Below, piece after piece: positions 7,532 through 14,244 of a stretch of 14,244 nucleotides of DNA. Under the pieces are notes generated by a model. The model worked only from the letters and a program-made list of their open reading frames with translations, was not told the origin of the DNA and did not search any database. The position numbers and the translations under genes were made by a program. Within the stretch, counting starts at the first letter, position 1; every line of letters begins with the position of its first letter. Source of the DNA: a virus (Duplodnaviria; Heunggongvirae; Uroviricota; Caudoviricetes); IMG/VR virus record IMGVR_UViG_2859777919_000005; one strand, given 5' to 3'.

Positions 7532-7604
7532 TTATGAATGATCGCACGCCCGAAGGTTAGTATTTCTGCACAGCAATTTTGCAAAAAAAGGCGATCATTC
7601 ATAA
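7532..7604. repeat. Perfect 14-bp inverted repeat (TTATGAATGATCGC / GCGATCATTCATAA) with 45-bp spacer
   Basis: Read directly: arms at 7532-7545 and 7591-7604. The spacer contains the palindrome TTTTGCAAAA. Lies on the 3' side of the tRNA array. Confidence 0.6.
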
Positions 7605-7611
7605 CTTAAAC

Positions 7612-7657
7612 GTCTTTCAGTCACTCCGGGATTTCCCATCATCGCAGACTGAAAGAC
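7612..7657. repeat. Perfect 11-bp inverted repeat (GTCTTTCAGTC / GACTGAAAGAC) with 24-bp spacer
   Basis: Read directly: arms at 7612-7622 and 7647-7657, 6 nt beyond the 3' end of tRNA-Gly on the transcribed (minus) strand. Could form a processing or termination hairpin. Confidence 0.6.
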
Positions 7658-7663
7658 TCTGAC

Positions 7664-7738
<75 letters not shown>

Positions 7739-7741
7739 ATA

Positions 7742-7817
<76 letters not shown>

Positions 7818-7819
7818 GC

Positions 7820-7896
7820 TGGCCCACCACCGAGGACTCGAACCTCGCACCGTCAACTTAGAAGGTTGATGCTCTATCCGGATGAGCTAGTGGTGG
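7820..7896 (-). tRNA. tRNA-Arg (anticodon UCU), argN-like
   Basis: Reverse complement CCACCACTAGCTCATCCGGATAGAGCATCAACCTTCTAAGTTGACGGTGCGAGGTTCGAGTCCTCGGTGGTGGGCCA; acceptor CCACCAC/GTGGTGG, anticodon stem TCAAC/GTTGA, loop CTTCTAA, T stem CGAGG/CCTCG, encoded CCA. The unusual C1:G72 start makes the exact 5' boundary less certain. Confidence 0.8.
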
Positions 7897-7897
7897 T

Positions 7898-7974
7898 TGG
7901 TGGCCCTTGCTGGACTTGAACCAGCGACCTGGCGATTATGAGTCGCTCGCTCTGACCAACTGAGCTAAAGGGCC
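7898..7974 (-). tRNA. tRNA with CAU anticodon, ileX/ileZ-like (Ile2, lysidine-dependent) or Met
   Basis: Reverse complement GGCCCTTTAGCTCAGTTGGTCAGAGCGAGCGACTCATAATCGCCAGGTCGCTGGTTCAAGTCCAGCAAGGGCCACCA; anticodon loop CTCATAA. Overall close to E. coli ileX as I recall it, hence probably an AUA-reading tRNA-Ile2. Confidence 0.8.
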
Positions 7975-8062
7975 GGAGGCAGAATAATAACCATATGTCA
8001 TCACATCTGCAAACTCATCTGACCACCAGCACGTTTAACGTCCTGTGCCGTTTTTCAGGTAT

Positions 8063-8084
8063 AAAAAAACCCGCATAAAGCGGG
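8063..8084 (-). terminator. Rho-independent terminator downstream of the Q-like gene (tR'-like)
   Basis: On the minus strand: GC hairpin GCGGG-TTTAT-CCCGC (plus coordinates 8070-8084) followed by U7 (complement of A7 at 8063-8069). It lies about 80 nt downstream of the Q-like stop and about 90 nt upstream of the tRNA array, the position of tR' in lambdoid late operons. Confidence 0.7.
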
Positions 8085-8163
8085 CTCTTTCAAATGTCCA
8101 TGTCTGCTATTCGCCTCGCGGTACAGCTTTGCGAAGCGTACAAGAATTGAAGCAGTTTTTACG

Positions 8164-8718
8164 TCAAAAAGCAATAACTTTTTTCTCTATACCAAAAGCC
8201 ATAACCATTGGTTTGTACAAAATAAATTCTGCCACCTTTAGCCAATGCTCAATGCGTCTTTCACAGGTTCTTAAACTCCATTTCGGGTGTGCATCATTCA
8301 GCAGTTCAGCCATTTTGCGTTTGGTCATCCCCCGCCCCTCATACCGTTGCCGAAGGACGCTAATCAATCCTGGATGCTCTGCCAGCACCTCACTTATGAC
8401 CCGATCAATACATAACGCCTCTGCATCAGTACAATGCGCCAGCCAGCTCTTTTGCTTACCGTTAATCATATCCCGCAAAAAAGCCTCAAGTTCAGACTTG
8501 TTCAGACCTGCTTTTTTCATCCTCCGGAGCGCCTCGTTAATTGCCGTTTTTGTCAGCTTTTTAGAGGTCAACATCAGGTTAAACATATTCCCCGTCTTAC
8601 CGCCACCAATATACGACCAGCGCCCCCACATACGTAGTTTTCCCTGAATCCAGACACTTTCCAGCGTGGTGAGACGAAGGTGTTCTCCGCTTTTTCCTGT
8701 ATTCGTTGGGTAAATCAT
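8164..8718 (-). CDS. Probable late-gene antiterminator Q (184 aa)
   Basis: Start chosen at ATG 8716-8718 (SD AAGGAGGG 8 nt upstream; ATGA overlap with the upstream gene's stop) rather than the longer ORF-track start. Assignment rests mainly on position: last gene of a nin-like block, followed by an intrinsic terminator and phage tRNAs. No catalytic motif recognised; the family is not verified. Confidence 0.55.
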   Translation of the reverse strand: MIYPTNTGKSGEHLRLTTLESVWIQGKLRMWGRWSYIGGGKTGNMFNLMLTSKKLTKTAINEALRRMKKAGLNKSELEAFLRDMINGKQKSWLAHCTDAEALCIDRVISEVLAEHPGLISVLRQRYEGRGMTKRKMAELLNDAHPKWSLRTCERRIEHWLKVAEFILYKPMVMAFGIEKKVIAF

Positions 8719-9005
8719 AAATATCCCTCCTTTCTCCAGATTTCTTGTGTGCGAAAAACACCTTCTGCATGCATCAGGCGTAATTCTTCTTTGGTGTAAT
8801 CGCTGGTTTTTACCCGCCCGTCGATTAAATCGTGGCACGAGCTACAGGCAATCGCTGCCTGCATATCGTGTGGCTTTATCGCTGTTCCGCACGTTCCCGC
8901 CAGTCGGTAATGCGCCAGCACAGACGTTTCCGGATCGTGATTGCAGTAGCCAGGAATTCTGACGGTGCACATCTGCCCCCGCGCCGCTTTACGTAAATCC
9001 ACCAT
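8715..9005 (-). CDS. DUF1364 (YbcO-like) nin-region protein (96 aa)
   Basis: MVDLRKAARGQMCTVRIPGYCNHDPETSVLAHYRLAGTCGTAIKPHDMQAAIACSSCHDLIDGR... with the Cys/His pattern I recall for YbcO of the DLP12 nin region. Start overlaps the upstream stop (TAATG). Confidence 0.7.
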   Translation of the reverse strand: MVDLRKAARGQMCTVRIPGYCNHDPETSVLAHYRLAGTCGTAIKPHDMQAAIACSSCHDLIDGRVKTSDYTKEELRLMHAEGVFRTQEIWRKEGYL

Positions 9006-9604
9006 TACGCAAACTCCAGCAGCTGCGCGGCCACATTTTCGACTTGTTCCGGAGAGGAAAATTTACGGAACAGAATCCAGTTCCACAGCACATTCAGAAC
9101 AGATTTATAAACCTGCTGAAACTCGGTTTCGTCCATATTCGCAAAAGCGATGGATTTTGCCCGACGCCCGCGGCTACCGTCCGGATAAAAATGTTCGGTG
9201 TAAAATCCAGCCTGAATGGTTACCCACTCGCGAAAAGCCTCAAACGACTTTAGCAATGCCGTATCCCGGGTTCTGCGTGTCGCAACTGTATTCAGATATT
9301 GCTCTGCGGCTTCGCTCAGAGCTGGCGTATGTTCCCGACCTACTGATTCGCACAGGTAATCAACGAAACCAGACAGCAGTTCTCGTTCGCGAGGCGTGAT
9401 CGCCCCACCGACCGGAGTCCAGTAATCGAATCCCAGTTGCAGGAGTTTGAAAAAACGCTTGTGGAATGCGTAGTTACGCACACGCTTAAAGTCTGCGTGT
9501 ATCCACTCACCTGTTTTGATTTGATGCAGAAAATCGCAACTCTCCGGCGTCGCCGGGAGAAGTAATCCGGAAGAGGTTTGTTTGATCAGTTGTATATGCG
9601 CCAT
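9005..9604 (-). CDS. Nin-region protein, possibly DUF1367 family (199 aa)
   Basis: ORF MAHIQLIKQTSSGLLLPATPESCDFLHQIKTGEWIHADFKRVRNYAFHKRFF... with SD GGAGAA upstream; translationally coupled to the DUF1364 gene. Family assignment from memory only. Confidence 0.45.
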   Translation of the reverse strand: MAHIQLIKQTSSGLLLPATPESCDFLHQIKTGEWIHADFKRVRNYAFHKRFFKLLQLGFDYWTPVGGAITPRERELLSGFVDYLCESVGREHTPALSEAAEQYLNTVATRRTRDTALLKSFEAFREWVTIQAGFYTEHFYPDGSRGRRAKSIAFANMDETEFQQVYKSVLNVLWNWILFRKFSSPEQVENVAAQLLEFA

Positions 9605-9675
9605 CGTAGTTCTCCGCTGGCGCAGTAGAATGGGTGTTCAGCCCGTTATGTAGTATACCAGAATTAATGCCAATA

Positions 9676-9893
9676 CTAACAGGATGCTCTGACTCGCAAT
9701 TCATCCAGCAGTTTATCATTTCCCATAATGTCACTTACCCTCATCGGTAAAAAAATTGCCTTTCGACCATTACGATACATCATTGATTTTTTGGTTTCAG
9801 GGAAGTAATCCATTTCGACTATAACTGACAGGTCATCACGACGTATGACTGCGTATTTACTACTAAATAGTTTCTTTATTTTTTCCACGATGC
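9676..9893 (-). pseudogene. C-terminal 72 codons of an AT-rich gene truncated by IS600 copy 3
   Basis: Minus-strand frame runs from the IS600 junction (9893) to a TAG at 9678-9676: ...SIVEKIKKLFSSKYAVIRRDDLSVIVEMDYFPETKKSMMYRNGRKAIFLPMRVSDIMGNDKLLDELRVRASC. Lies just upstream of the nin genes. No family recognised. Confidence 0.4.
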
Positions 9894-9936
9894 TGAGGTG
9901 TACTGGCAATAGCGGACACTACCATTTGTTCTTTTT

Positions 9937-10749
9937 TTAAGCAGCCATCTGATGATATTTTTCCCTGAAGGCTGCCGGGGAGATATTCCCCAGACGAGAG
10001 TGACGACGCTGACGATTGTAGAAAATCTCAATGTATTCCCGTATTACTGAGATGGCTTCATCCCGGTTATTAAAACGATAGTGGCTCAGGCTCTCATTTT
10101 TCAGCGTTCCCCAGAAGCTTTCCATCGGAGCGTTGTCGTAACAGTTACCTTTACGCGACATTGATGTTTTCAGACCAGACTGCTCCTGTATGACCCGGTA
10201 ATCGTATGCGCAGTACTGTGAACCTCGATCAGAGTGGTGGATTAGCCCGGCAGGTGGGCGCTGGCTCCTGAGCGCCATAAACAGGGCTTTACCTGTCAGC
10301 TCTTTTGTCATGCGCTCTCCCATGGCGTAGCCGACAATTTCGCACGTATAAACATCTTTGATGCCAGCGAGGTACAACCATCCCTCCTGTGTGGCAACAT
10401 ACGTCAGGTCCGCCACCCAGACCTGATTTGGTGCTGTAGGAGCGAACGTCTGGTTCAGCAGATTTGGCGCAACTGGCAGATTGTGGTTCGAGTTCGTAGT
10501 CGCTCTGAACTTGCGTTTCTGCTTACAGCGTAGCCTTAGCTCCTTACGAAGACGTGCCAGTCGGTCACGACCAACGATGATGCCATTCTCTGCCAGCTCC
10601 GTCTGGAGCCGCCGGGTTCCATATGTTTCGCGAGTGCGGATATGTGCCACCTTAATCTCCAGTTTTAGCCGCTCATCACTTTGTTTTCTGTCTGAGGGTT
10701 CATGCTGTACCCAGTTGTAATAACCGCTCATACACCAAATACCTGACAC
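9937..10749 (-). CDS. IS600 orfB, copy 3 (270 aa, GTG start, altered N-terminus; probably non-functional without orfA)
   Basis: ORF identical to copy 1 OrfB after residue 10; the N-terminus is shifted by the 4-bp deletion. Confidence 0.5.
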   Translation of the reverse strand: MSGIWCMSGYYNWVQHEPSDRKQSDERLKLEIKVAHIRTRETYGTRRLQTELAENGIIVGRDRLARLRKELRLRCKQKRKFRATTNSNHNLPVAPNLLNQTFAPTAPNQVWVADLTYVATQEGWLYLAGIKDVYTCEIVGYAMGERMTKELTGKALFMALRSQRPPAGLIHHSDRGSQYCAYDYRVIQEQSGLKTSMSRKGNCYDNAPMESFWGTLKNESLSHYRFNNRDEAISVIREYIEIFYNRQRRHSRLGNISPAAFREKYHQMAA

Positions 10750-10786
10750 ATCGCTTCAATGGGAAATTGTTGTCGCCATTGTTCGA

Positions 10787-11066
10787 TTAACGCGTATTTT
10801 TCAGCGACTCCTGTGCAAAATACGCTGTTGCTTTTTTTAATATATCTCGCTCAAGGCGAGCTTCATTTAACGCCTTACGCAGTTGCAGAATTTCAGATTC
10901 CAGTTCAGCCACCGTGCGGGAACCAGGAGTACCGAGCCCTTTTCTGGCGGCGGTAACCCATTGTCCTAAAGTGCCTTCAGGAAGAGATAATCGGGAAGCG
11001 CCTTCACTGATCGAAAGTTGATTTTCAAGAACCGTTCTGACAGCTTCAGCTTTGAACTCTTTAGAG
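10787..11066 (-). pseudogene. IS600 orfA, 5'-truncated (copy 3)
   Basis: OrfA residues from SKEFKAEAV onward are present; the first 8 codons and the left inverted repeat are missing. Confidence 0.8.
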
Positions 11067-11739
11067 GTATCGATACCGGCTGACCACACAGCGCTTCGGG
11101 AACGCTGTAACGATTACCACCAACCTCGATATAGCTGTCCCAGGACACATGGCGGATATCGAAGTAACTGGTATCGAAGTCTGTATCCGGTAACGGCTGC
11201 AGATGTTCCTGCTCCAGCGCGAAGCGCTGTTCCGGCGTTTCTTTGAACTGGCGAAGCTCCCGTTTGTCAGCCACATCGGCTATCCATTGCTCCAGTTGTT
11301 GATTGACATGAGTGAAGCTGTCGAACCTGCGGTACCGGACGAAGAAGTTCTCCTTGAGGTATTTCACCATCCGCTCAACCTTACCTTTTGTTCTGGCCCT
11401 GCGTGGACGGCATGCCCGTGGCAGGAAGTTATAGTGGTCAGCCAGCAACAGGAATCCGGAGTTGAACACGACTTTCCCGTTGTTATTCTTCAGCACCGCA
11501 GCCTTCTGGTTATCAACCAGCACCGTTTTCACACAATCACCGAAGTAGCGGAAGGCGCGAACCAGTGATTCGTAGGTATGCTCAGCATCCTGTTTTGGTG
11601 CGGCGAAGACATGGAAGCTGCGGGAGAACCCCAGCGTATTAACCGCAAAGTTAACTTTGCACCGTTGCCCGGCAACCTCCACCTCAACTTCGCCCCAGTC
11701 ATGCTGGAGCTGGTATCCAGGCTGAGTTTCGAAGCGAAC
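11067..11739 (-). pseudogene. IS21-family transposase istA, internal fragment
   Basis: Minus-strand frame encodes ...FHVFAAPKQDAEHTYESLVRAFRYFGDCVKTVLVDNQKAAVLKNNNGKVVFNSGFLLLADHYNFLPRACRPRRARTKGKVERMVKYLKENFF..., which I recognise as the catalytic region of IstA-type transposases. Cut at both ends by IS600 copies; no start codon and no inverted repeats of its own. Confidence 0.65.
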
Positions 11740-11803
11740 TGAGGTAGCCTGAGTTTAACGGACACTCCTTCCTGAAATAGAATGGCATCAGAAGGAGCTA
11801 ATA

Positions 11804-12136
11804 ATGAGCAGAAAAACCCAACGTTACTCTAAAGAGTTCAAAGCCGAAGCTGTCAGAACGGTTCTTGAAAATCAACTTTCGATCAGTGAAGGCGCTTCCC
11901 GATTATCTCTTCCTGAAGGCACTTTAGGACAATGGGTTACCGCCGCCAGAAAAGGGCTCGGTACTCCTGGTTCCCGCACGGTGGCTGAACTGGAATCTGA
12001 AATTCTGCAACTGCGTAAGGCGTTAAATGAAGCTCGCCTTGAGCGAGATATATTAAAAAAAGCAACAGCGTATTTTGCACAGGAGTCGCTGAAAATACGC
12101 GTTAATCGAACAATGGCGACAACAATTTCCCATTGA
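11804..12136 (+). pseudogene. IS600 orfA with frameshifted 3' end (copy 4)
   Basis: 110-aa ORF: OrfA residues 1-96, then a frameshifted tail IRVNRTMATTISH. Confidence 0.65.
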
Positions 12137-12142
12137 AGCGAT

Positions 12143-12957
12143 GTGTCAGGTATTTGGTGTATCCGGGGCGGTTATTACAACTGGGTACAGCATGAACCCT
12201 CAGACAGAAAACAAAGTGATGAGCGGCTAAAACTGGAGATTAAGGTGGCACATATCCGCACTCGCGAAACATATGGAACCCGGCGGCTCCAGACGGAGCT
12301 GGCAGAGAATGGCATCATCGTTGGTCGTGACCGACTGGCACGTCTTCGTAAGGAGCTAAGGCTACGCTGTAAGCAGAAACGCAAGTTCAGAGCGACTACG
12401 AACTCGAACCACAATCTGCCAGTTGCGCCAAATCTGCTGAACCAGACGTTCGCTCCTACAGCACCAAATCAGGTCTGGGTGGCGGACCTGACGTATGTTG
12501 CCACACAGGAGGGATGGTTGTACCTCGCTGGCATCAAAGATGTTTATACGTGCGAAATTGTCGGCTACGCCATGGGAGAGCGCATGACAAAGAGCTGACA
12601 GGTAAAGCCCTGTTTATGGCGCTCAGGAGCCAGCGCCCACCTGCCGGGCTAATCCACCACTCTGATCGAGGTTCACAGTACTGCGCATACGATTACCGGG
12701 TCATACAGGAGCAGTCTGGTCTGAAAACATCAATGTCGCGTAAAGGTAACTGTTACGACAACGCTCCGATGGAAAGCTTCTGGGGAACGCTGAAAAATGA
12801 GAGCCTGAGCCACTATCGTTTTAATAACCGGGATGAAGCCATCTCAGTAATACGGGAATACATTGAGATTTTCTACAATCGTCAGCGTCGTCACTCTCGT
12901 CTGGGGAATATCTCCCCGGCAGCCTTCAGGGAAAAATATCATCAGATGGCTGCTTAA
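12143..12957 (+). pseudogene. IS600 orfB, frameshifted (copy 4)
   Basis: OrfB sequence is split across two overlapping ORFs (12143-12598 and 12514-12957). Confidence 0.8.
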
Positions 12958-13000
12958 AAAAAGAACAAATGGTAGTGTCCGCTATTGCCAGTACACCTCA

Positions 13001-14244
13001 GCCGTCTGGCGATACCCGGCGCATTCGGCTTTGGGTGTGCTTTTCTGCCTGAAGATGTTATCCGTTTTGACACTAAGAGTGATTTCCTGGCCTGGGTAAG
13101 GAATGCGCTGCCAGGTGAATATTCCGTTGCTGGCCCCTACGACATCATCATACCCGACACACGGTTTGAAGGGGTGCTCAGCATCCGGTGGACTGATGCA
13201 CGCCCTGAGACAACAGAACCGAGGTACAGAGCCAAATCCCTTACTTTTTACGGCATTAACGGCCCCATTTATCACACCCGCTACTGCTACTGGCCCATAT
13301 CCAGACTGACTGGCTGGGTGAAAATAAATATAACCACAGAAGATATTATTTACAGAATCGTGGCGAGCTCTGTCTGCAACAGATGGGGAGACCCTGACAT
13401 TGGCGGGCTGATTATTGCTGCGTACCAGGGAGAAGCTGACGGTGATAAAGTCATCAGACTTGTCAGGGGGCAGTCATACAGAGGCTCACGACTGGGACCG
13501 GTGGGGATTTCAGTGCCCAGTACTCCCACCGGAACGTATATAGCATCCCCACAATTTTCATTACGGGATGTTCAGAGCATTCATTACCGGGGTCATATAG
13601 CGCCCTGTCCGGGGTGCCGGATGCTCATGTCTCTGGCGCAATGCCCGGGCTTTTTATTCGCACATCGTGAGGAATGCACCGTGGAAATTAAAAAAATCAT
13701 TAATCCCCGTTATACCGAAAGTGGCGCAGTAGACTGTGACGTTTTTTTTGACGACAGGGACCAGGCAGTCCCCTACACAGCCACCGCTGATGATGTCGCA
13801 CCGACGGGTCAGCGAATCTGGCAGGAACTGCAAAGTGGCAAATGGGGTGAGATAGCCCCATTCACTGTGACACCAGAAATGCTGGAAGCGGCCAGAGAGG
13901 CCAGACGTCAGGGAATTGAAGCATGGCGCACAGAACAGGAGGCGAAGCCGTTCACGTTTGAATGGAACGGTCGTATCTGGAATGCTGGCCCCAACTCACT
14001 GGGCCGCCTTTATCCGGTGGTAATGGCTGCGAAATCCGACATTGTACGGGACGTGATGACGTGGGGTGATGCCGATAATCAGCAGGTGAAACAGTCGATG
14101 CCGGAACTGGAAGAACTGGCGGCAGCAATGGCTCAGGCACAGGTTGAGCGCAATGACGAGATTTATCGCCGTCAGCGGGAGCTGAAGGAAGAGCTGAATA
14201 GTCTGAAGGATTTGAATTCGGTTAGGAATTTTATCGTGGAATAA
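13001..14244 (+). pseudogene. C-terminal 414 codons of an unidentified protein, N-terminally truncated by IS600 copy 4
   Basis: Long open frame from the IS600 junction to TAA at 14242-14244. The N-terminal part is Cys/Gly-rich and looks beta-rich (...YDIIIPDTRFEGVLSIRWTDARPETTEPRYRAKSLTFYGINGPIYHTRYCYWPISRLTGWVKINITTEDIIYRIV...); the last 60 aa are a charged, coiled-coil-like tail (...MPELEELAAAMAQAQVERNDEIYRRQRELKEELNSLKDL...). No family recognised; a phage tail-fibre distal domain is one guess. Confidence 0.6.

Larger units (their letters stand above)
9894..11066 (-). mobile_element. IS600, copy 3, truncated (lacks about 90 bp of the orfA-proximal end)
   Basis: Right inverted repeat intact at 9894. 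Similarity to copy 1 ends abruptly at 11066 (CTCTTTAGAG then GTATCGATACC instead of TAACGTTGGG). Has a 4-bp deletion relative to copy 1 at the start of orfB (ACCGCTCATACACC versus ACCGCTCCTGGATACACC). Confidence 0.8.
11740..13000 (+). mobile_element. IS600, copy 4 (1261 bp; multiple frameshifts)
   Basis: Both inverted repeats present. 1-bp deletions at the orfA 3' end (GCTGAAAATACG versus GCTGAAAAATACG), at the orfB start (CCGGGGCGG) and near 12590 (ATGACAAAGAGCTG versus ATGACAAAAGAGCTG). No flanking direct repeat. Confidence 0.8.

Noticed and set aside
8164-8838. Longer 224-aa form of the Q-like ORF starting at 8838
   Set aside because: The extended start lies inside the upstream DUF1364 gene in another frame. 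The internal ATG at 8718 has a consensus SD and an ATGA stop/start overlap typical of coupled phage genes, so the 184-aa form is preferred.
8045-9399. Plus-strand ORFs 8045-8647, 8434-8637, 8747-8962, 8965-9399 and 9044-9253
   Set aside because: All antisense to the coupled minus-strand nin/Q gene block; they lack ribosome-binding sites and span the Q-tR' intergenic region.
11529-11765. 78-aa minus-strand ORF crossing the istA-fragment/IS600 copy 4 junction
   Set aside because: Spans two unrelated elements in a frame different from istA; a junction artefact.
12982-14140. Short ORFs (12982-13275 minus, 13103-13309 plus, 13952-14140 minus) inside the 414-codon fragment
   Set aside because: Nested within or antisense to a much longer continuous reading frame; no independent signals.

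Overview
This 14.2-kb window is an IS-riddled remnant of a lambdoid prophage, most consistent with a Shigella or closely related E. coli chromosome (inferred from the density of IS600 and IS1; no database search was run). Over half the window is insertion sequence: four IS600 copies (492-1755, 6220-7481, 9894-11066 truncated, 11740-13000), two IS1 copies (1895-2662, 5411-6177) and an internal IS21-family istA fragment (11067-11739). Between them lie prophage pieces: a truncated integrase (1-491); a plus-strand early-type operon (3096-4788: small membrane protein, HNH endonuclease, hypothetical protein, DUF551 protein, 27-aa hydrophobic peptide, terminator) headed by a zinc-ribbon ORF that IS1 interrupted; a Hok/Gef-family toxin locus (5163-5318); and a minus-strand late-control module (9604-7664: DUF1367-like, DUF1364/YbcO-like, Q-like antiterminator, tR'-like terminator, four tightly packed tRNA genes). 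The lysis and structural genes expected after the tRNAs are absent and replaced by IS600/IS1. The right end (13001-14244) is the C-terminal 414 codons of an unidentified protein cut by IS600. I found no CRISPR array and no obviously novel multi-gene system. The most interesting items are the four-tRNA array, the reconstructable IS1-disrupted ORF, the hok locus, the HNH/DUF551 operon and the unidentified right-end protein. All family names come from reading the translations and from memory.
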